A stretch of 62,795 bases of DNA, counting the filler, from Hausera hauseri (Eukaryota): assembly GCA_046269625.1 (NCBI GenBank). It is 12 parts of 12 records of this genome, joined end to end, with 100 filler letters (N's around TTAATTAATTAA, not from the genome) between each part and the next. Parts side by side here need not be neighbours in the genome. Positions count along the whole stretch, not along the records: positions 48,359 to 52,333 come from JBJURY010845858.1; positions 52,434 to 58,452 come from JBJURY010152533.1; positions 58,553 to 62,795 come from JBJURY010679885.1; 9 more parts are not named here. One strand, written 5' to 3'. Of this stretch, positions 48,359 through 62,700 are shown piece by piece. A model generated the notes under the pieces. The model made no database searches, had not been told where the DNA came from, and worked only from the letters and a program-made list of their open reading frames with translations. Within the stretch, counting starts at the first letter, position 1. Every line of letters begins with the position of its first letter. The position numbers and the translations under genes are program-made.

Positions 48359-48660
48359 GACATGAGAGAAGATGAAAAAAAATTATGGAAGGGGATTATG
48401 GGAGAAGATGAAGAGGGATTATGGGAGAAGATGAATGGAGATTATGGGAAAAGGTGAATGGGAAATATGGAAGAAGGTGAAGGGGGAATATGGGAGAGGA
48501 TGAAGGGGAATATAAAAGAAGATGAAGGGGATTATGAGAGACGATGAAATGGGGAATGAGAGAAGGTGAAGGGGGAATATGAGAGAAGATGAAGGGGGAT
48601 ATGAAAGAAAATGAAGGGGATTATGAGAGATGAAAGGGGATTGAGAGATGATTATGAGGA
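48359..48660. repeat. Purine-rich minisatellite (~22-nt unit)
   Basis: Repeated GAAGATGAAGGGG(G)ATTATG(G/A)GA-like units. The 48419-48739 minus-strand ORF is a by-product of the repeat. Confidence 0.85.
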
Positions 48661-49202
48661 ATTGAGTGATGTTATGTGCAAGAGCTGACATGGATATGCG
48701 CATTATTGTATCCAATAAAAACACTGTACGGAGAAACATTTAGAAGCCCATATTGCTAATTTTAACTTTGCATAATTTTTTTTCTATATGATTAATTAGA
48801 ATAAAATGTAGTTGTAAACTCTGACTAACAATATGGTGTTGTTCCATTTAAATAACGTAAGTTAAATCAATATTGAAATAATGTTGGTTTTTTGCAGCCT
48901 GTCACATTCACTCAATGGTCCACTGAATAGGCTACATACTATGGTACAGATGAACGGATGGGTTAAATGAGTATGACGTGTATTTGACAATACAATGCTA
49001 AATATCTGACTTTATTGTTTAATTATGCTTACATTATAAACATTTTAGTCATGGTCACCATAGCATTATATTCGTGAAAGTCTCCAATGTCATCAATTAC
49101 TCTTTTTACCATAAATTGATTCTTGAACACAAAGTGTCAATCGACTGAGCAGTAATTTACGTGACGACCCTCTCCAAAATTCTACCCAATACAAAATGTT
49201 AC

Positions 49203-49505
49203 CTGTGGCTGTTCGCTACAGAATTGTAAAATACTGCAAATTTTATCGACATCGAATTCGGACATTATAATGTTAAAAATGATAGTGAAATATTGATCCA
49301 CCAACTGTTGGCACTGAATAAATAAAAAATTTCTAACGACACGTTTGTCAAAAAGCATTACTTTTGCGGCTTCGGATCTGAAAAAAGAACAGATATCATT
49401 TTTAATGAAATTTTTCACAGCATCCTGGTGACTTTGATCGGTAATGAATTTTTTGATTTCCCCAAGAACAAGTTTACATGCTTCACATTCGATAGATTCC
49501 AATTT
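49203..49505 (-). CDS. Saposin B-type domain (prosaposin/saposin-like protein), two internal exons 49505-49362 and 49313-49203
   Basis: CEACKLVL...IC......CQQLVDQY...ICSILQFC has all six saposin cysteines once the 48-nt GTAATG...TTCAG intron (49361-49314) is removed. Flanked by acceptor CTCAG| and donor |GTAACA. Confidence 0.85.
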
Positions 49506-50989
49506 CTGAGTAGGCAATGAAACATCAAACAAGTATTCGAATTGGGATGGGCAAAATCAATGCCAGTTCCACCATCAATTCTCATAACCACCAATCAACA
49601 GAAAATAAGCACCAATAATTTTATTTCGATGAATGTATACAAGCAATATACTCGTCCTGTTTGTGTGATACTGTTGGCATCGAGTTCGGATATAATATTC
49701 ATTTAATAATTGTTGTTACTGAACAGAAAAAATGGACAAATTCTGTTGTTTAGAAAGTTTTTGATACTATCCTGATGGTCTAGAGAGAACAAGAATAATG
49801 AGGTTACGTGCCTCATATTCTAGTTTGCAAAACAATAATAGATGACAGAAAATAAAGTTCCGTCGATCAACATTTAATAAACGACAAATGAATTAACAGT
49901 TCTGTGTTATTGTATCTGCTATATTTTTCTCGAAGAATTGGACATACGTATATGTTTTTATGTGGGACTCGATCAAGAGACTTAATGATGGCATGCATAT
50001 TTGAACTGNNNNNNNNNNCAACACAGATTCTTCCGAGGGTGGGCCTGGGCTCGGGTCTTACATAAAAAAACAAAAACTGTTTTCCTGATCTGTTCAGACT
50101 GGGTTGGGCTAAAGCTAAACAAGTGCATCAAAGGCTTCTAAAAATTACTTCTGCGACTAACATGGGTACGAAACAGCGACGACATACTAGCGGAGAAAAA
50201 AATCGATGGATGTGCGTGTAACATGGCCAATCCGTCATTCCAGATAGATATATGAACTACCTCGATAAGCAAGCTACTTCATAATATCAAATCAGTTGAA
50301 TTATAAAGCGAGGGACACCCAGAAACCATCCGTGTATTCTATTAGGCCAAACAATCACCAGAAATCATTCAGCAAACTGCGATACCTGTGACGGTGATGG
50401 AGATGATGATGTTGATTGTGGACACATGTGTATAAGTGCACAAACTTGATCCGCATTAAACTCCTCAATAATGGCATTAATCACAGCACTAAAGTACTGA
50501 TCAACAAATATTTGGCACTGAAACAATCAATCGTAATGCCAGTGAGTTCTACTTATTACTTGAGTAACTTGCAATTGGAACAATGGGCAAATTTGAGTTT
50601 TTATGAAGTTTTGAATTTGAAATTGGAAATTCGGATCAGTTATGGTATGAATTACTTGGTTCATAACGGCTTTACATTGATCACATTGAGGTGTACTGGA
50701 TTTCTGACAATCAGATCATTATTAGCATTTAAAAATACTGAAGACATTTTATAAGCGTGTATTTCCAAAATTCAGGGTGTTCTAAATTCTGTTTCCAGAA
50801 ATTCCCAAATATTCAAACAAATTTTCATGCACATTAATTTTTGCTTATTTTATTAAACTTTAAAATACATCACGCTTTCGTTGAATCAATAAATAAAACT
50901 TTAAATCTTGCATAATTTAGTGTTTATCAAATTTTTCTCAAAATTCATCATCACTTCCCTCTCACTGAAAAGTCTTTAAACATTCAGTA

Positions 50990-51500
50990 TTCCGTATCAT
51001 CTCTTAACTTCGATTAAAAATTTTTTGACTATCATTCCTGGACCTTCGTACTTGATATCTCTTTTACCACGTACTTTCTGTGTCTGTTTCTGATATTTTC
51101 AATAACTCTCATTTCATTTTCATCATACCTGTTTCGTTTTTCTGTAAGCTATAGTTTTAATGTTTTACCCTAAAACAACTTCCACTGGATCGCAAGTTAG
51201 TGTCGTTTTGAGGAAAAATCCAATTTCTGGCAATAAATCTGATCGAAATTTTCCTTCTTTTATGCAAGCCCAAAGTAAATCCCTAATCGTTCTAAACTGC
51301 CTTTCAATCATGCCATTTGCGCATTGGTGATAAGGACTAGAATGAGATATTTAAAATCCATGTTTCTTTGCACATTCCTTGAACAAGTTTAATTCAAACG
51401 TTTTTCCTATATCGCAACATATTTTCTCGGCAGCTCCAACATTTAAAATCCATTGATTTGTAAATGTATATAATTATAAGATACATACACCCATTCTTTG
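50990..51500 (-). mobile_element. Decayed Gypsy integrase fragment
   Basis: WILNVGAAEKICCDIGKTF, SSPYHQCANGMIERQFRTIRD and YEGPG, interrupted by stops. Confidence 0.65.
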
Positions 51501-52433
51501 AACTTCTATTATCATCGTTTCTCACATTTCCCCAGAATATCCTTCATGGAGGTCAGTTCATTTAACATGATGATTTCCTAATGACAGTTTCTAATTCCAT
51601 CAAGTTGAAATATGAAGTATCCTGGTAATGTACCGAATAGGTATTGCACGATCGTTTAATTACATCAGGGGCATGAGTTTAGGAGCAGTCAGCGGTCGTC
51701 TAGGCTAACATGGTTACATCAAGGGCTACGTTGTGCAAAGGACACAGCGCATGTTGATGACCTGGTCCTCAACCTGGTCCTGGGCGGACGAAAGAGAGAC
51801 AAACTGGCCAACACCGCAGTTGTGGAGGGCCAACTGATCGTCGAGTCGAAGTCGCAAATGCCATCAAATAGTGAGGTCAGTAGGCCGTCATCAATGAAAG
51901 TAACGAAACAACAGCCCTGTGATAGATGAGAAGTGTTCGCGTATAGCAACGGGCTGCAAGTTATAAAAGAACGCGCAAGAGAAGGATCGTGAACCAACAC
52001 CGAACAGGAGTTGTGTGAACCAATGTACGCTTAAGAGATTCTTAGCGGTTGATTAGAGCACCAAAGGGTCTGCCGTGATTACAGCCACGATAATCTTTGT
52101 TGTAACGTATAACTGTCGCATATGCTGTTTTGTTGATCAGTCTTATACACTTTCAAACCTATGATTGTATTTGCTTATTGAAAACATGTCTTGGCAGTCA
52201 ATACACGCGCGCACCCACCCACACTCACACACGCACACGCATCCACAACAACATGCGTACGAACGCACACCCACCCACAAACACACGCATACTTCACAAA
52301 TGCGTTCGCCATCAGATAACACACATTCGTTTANNNNNNNNNNNNNNNNNNNNNNNNNNNNNNNNNNNNNNNNNNNNTTAATTAATTAANNNNNNNNNNN
52401 NNNNNNNNNNNNNNNNNNNNNNNNNNNNNNNNN

Positions 52434-55400
52434 TGATGGTGATCCGGACGGGTTAAATGAATTCTTGAGAACTTATAAATTGCACGCAGGTGCTAGTCTT
52501 ACTCCGGAAGTGATGATTAAACGTTTCTCGTTATATGTGAAGAATTTATCCCCCGATGCTTATAGCGAGCTCACTAATGATGAGAAGAAATCTTGGTCCT
52601 TCCTGGGAGGAGCATTGAACCGAAAATTATTGTCGACAGTATCGCCGGAACAGAAGCTTATGGCATTTCATAATAGAGTGCAACAGAAGGGTGAATCGTT
52701 AACCCAGTTTGCATTTTCATTAAAGAAACTTGCTAATAGTTATGTAAGTACTTTGAGAATAGCTAATGTAGCAAAAGCTAAATCAGACTCAGAACGTGAT
52801 GCTGCAGAGAAGGTAACCTCGCCAGATCTAGACGTCATGATGACGACTCAGTTAATTAATGGTATTTGGTCCCGAGATTTAGTTAAACAGTTGATTTTGG
52901 CCAGATCTGAGAATTTTGACAGAACTCTGCAATTGGCCAAAGACTTAGAGATGGCACTCGATAGATATGCCAGACACAATGATAGAAATGATAGAAATAA
53001 TAACCGGAATAATCATAGCGATCGAAATCGGAGTAATAACCGTTGAAGAGATGATGGACGATTTAATGGTAATAGAAATTATGAGAATAGAAATAGTAAT
53101 AATGACTACTGGAATAGTCGAAACAATAATTATGCTAATGGCCGAAATATGAACAAGTCGAATTCCAATTCGGATAGAAATCGAGGAAACTACAAAAGTT
53201 CTAACTATTCAAATCGTTATGTTGATAATCGAAATAATGATAGTCGACGAAATGCTGATAGTATACAAGGGTTGTCGAACCAGTATATTAGAGATACAAT
53301 TAGATCTAAATCACCCGTAAATGAAGACGTCGACAAAGAGTTGGCAAGAATGGAAATTTAGTTTGTTTTACCTGCAGTAAAGAAGGACATATTGCCAGGA
53401 CATGTCCAAATCCACGCAGCGTTTCATTTACTGAGCCTAATAAGACCAGCATGATTAAAGTTAATGAAAACTTAGAAGCAAAGTATGGTGTTCGTGGAGA
53501 TACAGGTACAGTTATCGACATACAAGACTTGCGAAAATTTCTAGATGCTCAACCTGAAAATACTATTCCACAAATTTTTATGGTCAGAAAAGTATACGGA
53601 GATAAGCTAAGACTATTAAAAGTGTATCACGGTTTAGCAGAACCAGAAACTGAATATGAGCAAGCGATAGCACCTAAGCGAATTTATATGATACAAAAAA
53701 GTGTTCCGATGAATAATAAAACAGCTGATAAACCAGGAACTTCGACCGAAGTCGACTTGGATGCAGAACCCGAGTTCACGGTTGTAAAAGTAGATAAGAT
53801 TGCCGAAGACGATATAGATGAAAAAGAATTCATGGAGTCATTAATACTTAAAATTACGAAAAATAGAGGCCGCAGCCCTTCACTGAAGAGGAAACGTAGA
53901 AGTCGAAAAATATGGTTGAAACGAAAAATTCGAACATCGCTGTAGAGAGCGACTTAGAGTCTAGCTTAAATACACCAGAAATTGGTCCATTCACACCTAT
54001 TGAGGTAAAGGAATCTGCAGAGTCAATTAACGAAATTAACGAGATTTTCCCACTTCCCACTAGTGAGGAAGAAACAGGAAATGTTGATGATTTTGATCCA
54101 AAAAAGTGGATAGTCCGACATTCGTGAAAAACGCCGATGAATTAAAGAAAATGAGAATTATATGTCACGATCCAGAAATATTACAACGGAATTTAGAAAG
54201 GCTTAAGCAGATTAGTAAACTAGTAGATATACCCGGTAAAGAGCAACAATTTGCTGAGAGGTTATATAAAAGTTTCAAATTATGTAGTGAAGGAAAGCTG
54301 GATAATTTAGGACAACCTGAAGAGGTATCACCTGAAACGTTGCTAAAATGGAAGCGTGAATTAGAATCATGGATTAAATGTAAAGTCGAATTTTCGGAAG
54401 GATGGAGCAAAAATGAAGATGGTGTTGATGTAATAGTCGCTAAAGCTCAGACGCTACTGTCTACCTTACAAGCAAACCCAAAACTAAAGAGAGTAGTCCG
54501 TAATTTAGAGAATATGATGGATGAAATTCGATGTGCAATGATTAATCGGCTTAGAGAAAAACCGGTTAACCATCGAAGTGACGTTGATTTAGAGATATTG
54601 AGTATAAACCCTGTAGATATTACTCTCTTAAGGAAGATGATAAAAATCGCTTTCGCTGTAACTAAACAACATACGAACCTAGAGAATCGAATCAAAATGG
54701 AAAATGAAAAGAGAACACAAATTTATAGTTTTAGAAACCGAATTGTCTCCAAACAACGAAGAAACCAAATACGTAGTAAAAGCTTGTATAATAGAGTCTG
54801 ATGAATATAAGGATGAATTTAGTTATGTCAGCCGGATCATGAATTTCATAAAAGGTCCAGATGATGAATTAAAGGATGCATATAAGATGCTAGACAAAAC
54901 TATATTGGCAAAGCCAGTAATCGCTAATCAATTGTAGGAATGGTCTGGATTAATAATGAGATTAAGCAAATTAGTAGAAGATCGTAAGAAAGAATTTCCC
55001 GAAAGCTAACCATCTATAAAAAGGCAACTAGAAGAAAATGCACGACATTTAGATACAATAAAGGCGGAAATAGATATCCGGACTCATTTCGAAGCATTAC
55101 GGCAAATAAATTTTATGAAGCAAGAAGTGACGATATTGGAAGAGATATATAAAATGATCGAAGAAACAAACATTACGGAAAAACGGAATGACTTGTAATT
55201 TTTACCCAAGATTAAGAAACGTCAGACTAGAAGAGTCCAACATTTAACAGCTAAACCTATCGACAAAATTTCAATCCTGGACATCGAAACCTTAGAGATT
55301 TGTCCAGAACATAGAACAGCTGTAGAAGAAGCAATGAGATGCATACACAAACCACAGGAATGTATGGCCAGAACAGATCAAATTTGCCATACCGAGTTGA

Positions 55401-58400
55401 CAAAAATGAGAAACGACCACCATATTAGCTTTGAAGAATCTAAGCTTATAAAGAAATTGCTCCATGCAATAAATCCCGATTCAAAAATCATTAATGAAAT
55501 GTACGAGTCAGCTTTTCTCTTAGTAGAAATGGCAGAGATTAGTGATAAGATAAGACAATTGATGCCTAAAATAAGACAGGTTGAAGAAACATGCATTAAA
55601 ATTAAACAAAGAGCAACCAGCATAGACGAACTAATGAAAAATCTCGAAGTCTATAGGAAAAAATATGCTCTTACCGAGTCAGAAATCAAAAATAAGCGAA
55701 AATTTGTGCAAAGATGGCAAAGGGATGTAATTATCGAACTAACTGATTATCACCAAGAGGAATTCATCCATTCTAATGAATTAGGCGAACTATTGAAAAT
55801 GATTCAATACTCCTGTGGAAACGGAATAGGTTTCCGAACTACGCAGATGAAAGATATACAACCGAGATTGAAAGAAATCCGAGAGAATGTACAAAGGATG
55901 AATACAGCACTAGTAGACTATGGACTTCCAGATGTTTGAAATGAGCCGGAATGGGATGCGCATTTAGATGCGATAACGGCCGAAAATCCTGTGACTCCAG
56001 TACAGCTAAATGAAATAGAAACGTGTCCGCAGAATAAGAGATTCAATTTGGAGATGCTCCTGGATTCAGCGCTACCTGAAAAAGATTTAATTGAACTAAT
56101 TAGCGAAACATTACTGAAAGTAAGTTAAGACAACTTATTCCGACTTTGACTAAATTATCTAGCGAGAACACAGTTTATAGCGCGGTGCCGAAACTTTTGA
56201 TAAGGAAATACGCTAAAATCTTGAGGGCTAAACCTGAAGTAACAATGAAAGCAAGCATATCATCCGAGTCTATGGATGAAAAAGAATGTGACTTAACTAC
56301 GTATTCCTATGTAAGGGACGTAAGAGAATGGTCAAAAAATAATGGTGGAACAAGCGAGTTAAACTATAAATTCTATTTTAGAGGTAGAATATTGGACGAT
56401 TTAAAACAGTTAATAGACGTCGGGATTATCCCCGACAAAATAAATGGAATAGTGGTGATACTAGCCAATGAACAGACTAAAGATGCCACGCGTAAGGCTA
56501 AGACAGAACAATGCGTAGGACAAATCATAGAAGTCCGAGACGTTGCAATGTATTTTGAGTTTTTACAAACGGATGAGGACAAGGAACAATACGACACGAA
56601 TTTAGTGCCACTAAGTGAAACGATAACATATGCTCCAAGACAGAAATGCCCAGTTGGTAGACCTAAGAAATTACGAGAAGAAGCTGACTATAATTGAGTA
56701 TTAATTAGAGAATTGACAGATGTCGATTCCTACCTTCAGCACAGACAATGAATAATTCAGCGAATTAATGAAGAATTTAATACGCATTGTAAAATATTCA
56801 AGCCTTCGAGGCGACACATTAGTCCATAAAGAGAGGGCGATATTCAATGCAGTTAAGATGAGAAGTTCACGTTTTAAATTATCAAAAAATAACTTAATCG
56901 ATGAATTGGTGATCGAAAAGATCATGGTGGAAAACACCGTTTAAGAATTAAGAAAAGTATTACTGTACTTAGCTATCAAAATAAACCCTAATCGAGAGAA
57001 TGGAATTAATAGAGCTACAAGCTTAGCATGAAAAGCGGCGAGAAAGCTACCCTGCGAAGTAAATTGGACGAGATTATTCAATAACGAAAAAGATAAACGG
57101 TTCGGTAATAGTAATAGACTCGAAGATATGTTACATAATTTGGCAACGACGGATAATAGAAATCGGGAAAACGAATCCAATTGGTTAACTAGCTTACTCA
57201 CCTTGATGATGCTAATAAAGCATATAGAGAAGGAATTCTCTAATGGATTTAGAAGTGTGTGAGGACGCCAGACCACATAAACGGGAAACAAGGGAGAAAA
57301 GTTACTTCCTATATCAACAGCAAGAATTAATATTGTTCAACGGAATGGAATGTATGTTGAGACGATCTCGTAGTACTTTTCACTATGGATNNNNNNNNNN
57401 TACTTCAATAATGAAACCAACAACTCCTCCAATCCCAATGAATTTGGAACGCCAGGATTGTAAGCAGGCCAAGGAAACCCGCGGATTAAAATGGGATAGT
57501 ATGGAACTAGAGATGCAACCGGAAAAGATAATTAGAGCATATAAAGTAGTGGTTGGAAGGCTAGATATGCATAATGGACATTGTAATGAAGCAGAGTATG
57601 ATACCGAAAATAGACTAGAAGCAAACGTAGTGGTCGTAAATTTCTATAAATCGGAGATGCGAGTAAAGAAAGTAATGGCCCATAGCGTCACCAAATTATA
57701 TACCGAGAATCAAAAATGCCATTTACAAGACGGAACCTGTGCCTTCACAAGTTATGTTATAATATAGAAAACTTCCTTTGGAAGAAACTGTAATTTTATC
57801 AAAATCAAGGAATTTAAATTTAACGAAACTACCGGAAAGCGATATGTAGATAAATCCGATACCACCTCAAGGACACGCGAGGATGTAGCAGAACACCCTA
57901 CACCTACTATATCGATCTCCGACCAGCATGGACTAAAATTTATTAAGAACGAAATGATCTCTTGTTGCTAAGTGGTCATGTTCGCCACTAATTGTGAAGC
58001 ATTTTTCGTCGCAGAAACGGAAATAAATGCGAAAACGTACAAGCTAGTAACGCAGGACATTCGGATTGAGGATTAACTGAAAAACCGAGATGATTACTTT
58101 TATTACAAAGGACAAGTTGGAATAACCGAATTATATCACAAAATGATAAAGAACGATTGTAATTGGATATGGAAATCATGAGGACAAAATTGGCTCTTAT
58201 TTATGCTAATCCTGAGTTAGCCTCTCTCATAATTCCTGAGAGAATGAATTTTCGATCGCGTTACCGTTGAAGTCCTATTGACTTATGAATGTGAGAAAAG
58301 AGACGTACCAATCAACATTGAAGAAAAACATTGCATACAAAAATTCCTCTTTTCTTTACCACAATACTCCAAGGTTAGCCACACCGTTTACTAGAGTGTT

Positions 58401-58452
58401 ACTAGACAATGCAACTGAACCAACAATCCTTAAAGATTGTAAAGCAAGTTTA
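52434..58452 (+). mobile_element. Env-in-polyprotein retroelement, copy 4: Gag through glycoprotein ectodomain; decayed
   Basis: Gag, intact knuckle CFTCSKEGHIARTC (53364-53405), UBL FYFRGRILDDLKQLIDVGI, PVGRPKK, signal peptide and glycoprotein (MDLEVCEDARP...GHCNEAEY...CHLQDGTC...LATPFTRVLLDN). All lie on one contig and strand, apart from a 10-N gap at 57391-57400. Confidence 0.88.
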
Positions 58453-59779
58453 NNNNNNNNNNNNNNNNNNNNNNNNNNNNNNNNNNNNNNNNNNNNTTAA
58501 TTAATTAANNNNNNNNNNNNNNNNNNNNNNNNNNNNNNNNNNNNNNNNNNNNTCGTCGTTGCATTCATTTTTCACCCCGATCCATTCGTCTGATCGTGAG
58601 GCGGCTATAATATGAAATGCTCAACTGCTGCCGGGCTACGTCCCCAACCCATTTCCATCACAGTCTGACTCGTGCCAGGGGAAATTTTACCCATTTGAAA
58701 TTTTCCCACTGATTTTTCCCCACGTTCCCATGGTCTGACCGAACTTGCAACAGTGTCCGTTGTAATCTCCAACATCGATTTACCCTTTGTACTTATTTTC
58801 CCGGCGCTAACGGCACGTATCTCGTTATGCGAGGCGCATTTCCTGTTTTGCTTCTACCTCTTCTACCGCCTCTCCCTTACATTTTTCACATACCCCACCG
58901 CTATTTACTTTTGCTCACCTCGTCATGGGCTATCGATATCACCTGGTCCGAACCTCTTTACTCGACATCATTTCCTGGGGGGAGAGTCATCCGAAATTTT
59001 TAGTGAAATGTTCAGAATAGCCCATCAGGTGGGGAAAACTGGTCGGCGGACCAATCAGAGATTGTTTTGATAAGTGGTTACGAGCTGACACTTCTACCTA
59101 CTGATCAATATCACTACAGAGAACGCCATCAGTGCATTGACAAAAATCTGTAAATATCGACCGGATTGTATACCGGATGGTGATCTGAATGGATTCCTCA
59201 GTAAATGGATCCTCGCCAATCTAGGAGGATGGGGAAGAAACATCAACATTCCATCCACTATATGGATACGCTTTGGAACTCATTCAGCATAGGTACATCA
59301 CTAAAATGTTAAATAAAGATTCGAAGTATTCAAATTTATCCGATAATACCCGTGCTCTCTATTAAGTAAAACAGGGGAAGTGAAACAGAAAAGTGAGTCA
59401 AAACCTCCGCTAGGTCACATACTATTTCATCATGAAACGCGGGAGAATATTATGTGTAAGAATCCAGACGAAAGAATCTTTCAAATATGGCAAAATCCGG
59501 CAGACGTTGCACTATCGCAGATGTTTACACGCAGGTTGGTGGAGTTTTTGTTGCTGATTGGCGCTCAGCAGTGCAACCATTTTTTACGAATATACAAATC
59601 TTTAATAGCTAACACCAATTTTAATTTTAAAAGGCTTTTAAGTTCAAAAACTTTGGATATTATTTGATCACAATTAATATTTGCCACTATTTTCTTGGCT
59701 GCACGCTCCAACCTCTTCATGGCCCAAAAGGAAACCGCCCAAGCCCCCATGCATATCAACGTTCTCCTGGCATTAATTC

Positions 59780-62700
59780 ACTGCAACTTTCCTTCCTGGT
59801 CTTCTGCAATAATCAGCATATAAAAACAATAAGAGCTCCACTCAACGACACGGCACAGTCTTTATACAACTTGTCCTCCTTATTCAACAATTCTGACTTC
59901 TACTTCACATATCAAGGTCTTACTATACACTCCTCCGACTCCCTCTCACTGTTCACAGGTCGCGAACATCCGATCATCCACCTCGCTCTCCATTTCCGCC
60001 TCTGGGTGGATCGGACCCAAATCCATCTTTCTCAGATGATAAATCTACATATATATGTAATATATATCGTTTATCAAACTTTCATCAATCACGAGCCTCG
60101 CCAAATCTACCTTGTGTGGATTTTTTTCTTGATAATAATAATTCCAGTAAACTAAGGCTCCAATTCAATCAACAATGGCTAAAATCCAACAATATCACTG
60201 ACTCTTTTGTGCGAGCTAACAGTCTTTTAATTATTCTGACTGCTAACATCAAGCCACAGATCAATAACATCTCCGAACTGTTCCAATCCTCGACACCTTA
60301 CGAAACACTCTTTGAAATCCTCCACACAAATAATTCTCTTACAATTGCGGCTGCAACTACACATACACCAAATATAGACACCATATTTTTCTCTCAACAA
60401 TTGCAAATGATGCAACAATAATTTGATACATTACAGTAGTCAGTTTCGGCCATTACCACCCAACTAAATAATCTTAATGGACCTTGGTGTAGTGAAACCA
60501 GGCCTTTAAGGGAGCGAAGTCTTTCAAGACACACTTCTCGATCCACATCCCCTGGGGGACATATGGCTTGCTTCTATCACACGCGGTTTCGAAAAGATGC
60601 AAGGACATGTTTCTTGGAATTCCGGTTCTAAGCGAACGATATGCTGGGGACAACCCTATTTGCATCTACCATAATAATTATCAGTCACAGGCCAGATCAT
60701 GTGTGCCTGGTTGCAGACATTACAAAATAAGTCTATTTATTTTTCTTCTTCTCTTTTCCCAAACCCTTCAAAAAAGTAATAACGCCGCCATATTCCAAGG
60801 CGCATTCTGGTATAGGCAATACATTACATTCTTCTGGCCGTCTTAATACCACCTCTGCAGTCTTTCTGTTGAAAGCTGCAATCTTCTCTGACGATTCATC
60901 AAATATAGACTTTTGCATCAATTCTGGAGCCACCTTTTTGCTTTTACCACTATCTTTCGCTCCAACGTCCAACAATTTTTCTTCTCAACTCTTCACAGCT
61001 AGTGGGCAGCCTTTGCCTTTGTTGGCACCACAAAGCTAAGTTTTACCTTCTACAATTTACCAGACAAGTTTTTGGAAACTTTTGATAGCTAACATAAAGT
61101 CATCAACAATCGGCTCAGATTTCCTGGCCGCACATGATCTGTTAGTTGATTGTAAATATGGCTGTCTGCTGCGAATGAATTCGACCGCAAATCCAATCAA
61201 ATGTCTCACAGGCAATCTAGCGAGCAATTCATTGCATTCATCTGTAAATATATTGAACACCTCGTCAACTATTGACAAAACTTTCAATAATATTAGTTTT
61301 CTTTCAATTATGAATGATAATCACAAATCTATTTTAAAACAAAAATCCAAGTTGAATGTTGACAGTGGCAATGTCGGTTGTTCTTCGTCAATTACTGCAA
61401 CTATTTCCTACGATAACATGTCTCAACCATTCTTGTCTCTAGATTCCGATCTTAAATCATACATCACAGCATCTTGCTTTCGTATAGTTAAAAGGGACAT
61501 CAATTTTAAGCCTCCATCCTCAATTTATAGTCAAATAGTAACAGAATATCAGAGGCCTATCAAACAAAAGGTCAGACTTTTCTCGCCACGCAGACGTAAA
61601 GCTGTGGAACAGGAATTCAATGCACTTGAAAAATCTGGTATCATTGGGAGATGAAATTCTCCTTGCGCTTCACCACTTCATGTAGTAGCAAAGAAAGATG
61701 GTACCTATAGGCCATAAGGCGATTATCGTCAAGTAAACAACCTGACTATCATAGATGCTTATCCACTACTCCTCATTAAGGACATCCTTCACATCCTCAA
61801 TAACACTAATACATATTCTACCACTGATCTGCATAAGGCCTATAATTAAATTCCTGTTTCACCTGATGGCATTCCAAAAACTGCTGTTATCACACCATTT
61901 GGCCTTTATGACTACATCGTCATGCCTTTTGGCCTACGTAGCGCATATCAGACCTTTGAATGTCACATTGATACCGTACTCTCAGGTCTTGAGTTTGCTC
62001 ATCCGTACACATGCGACATATTAGTTGCTTCCGCCTCGATCAAACAACATCATGAGCATCATCGAATTATTTTCCACAGATTGCATCAAAGCAACCTGGA
62101 AATTAATTTATCCAAATGTAATTTCTTTCAGAAACGCGTCAACTTCTTAGGCCACATAATTACTCCCGATGGTCATTCTCCCCAGCCTGACAGCTTAAAA
62201 CATTTAAAAAATGTCACATTACCAACGACTACCACGGACATAAGGAGTTTTCTAATGACACTACATTTCGTACACAAATACATGCCACACTGCTTTGAAC
62301 TAACGGCACCTTTCGCACACCTCTCTTCCGGGAAGAAAAGACAACTAATCCACTGGACTTCTGATCAAATAAACCAATTTGATTGCCTTCGTGAAGGCCT
62401 AAAAACCGTTGGAATCTTGGCTTTTCCAAAACCCAACGCGGAACTCATACTAATCACCTATGCCTAAACCACAGCCACTGATGCGATATAACACCAAATA
62501 TATAATGGTGTTGATGAGCCGTTAGAATTCTTTTCCCGAAAACTAACACAACCAAAAGTCGATACTCAACATTCTACCATGAGCTCCTAGCCATAGTTCT
62601 GGAGGTAAAGCATTTCAAGAATTTGCTTCTATCACATCAATTTGTCATTCAAACCGACCACAAGCCTGTGCTGCATGTCATGACGTAAAATCAGCCATCA

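Noticed and set aside
52130-52333. His/Thr-rich ORFs
   Set aside because: Translation of CA-rich low-complexity sequence running into the linker.
58553-59700. Possible LTR/PPT upstream of the CsRn1-like copy (CTGGGGGGAGAG near 58975)
   Set aside because: Not followed by TG and no recognisable PBS, so boundaries cannot be supported.
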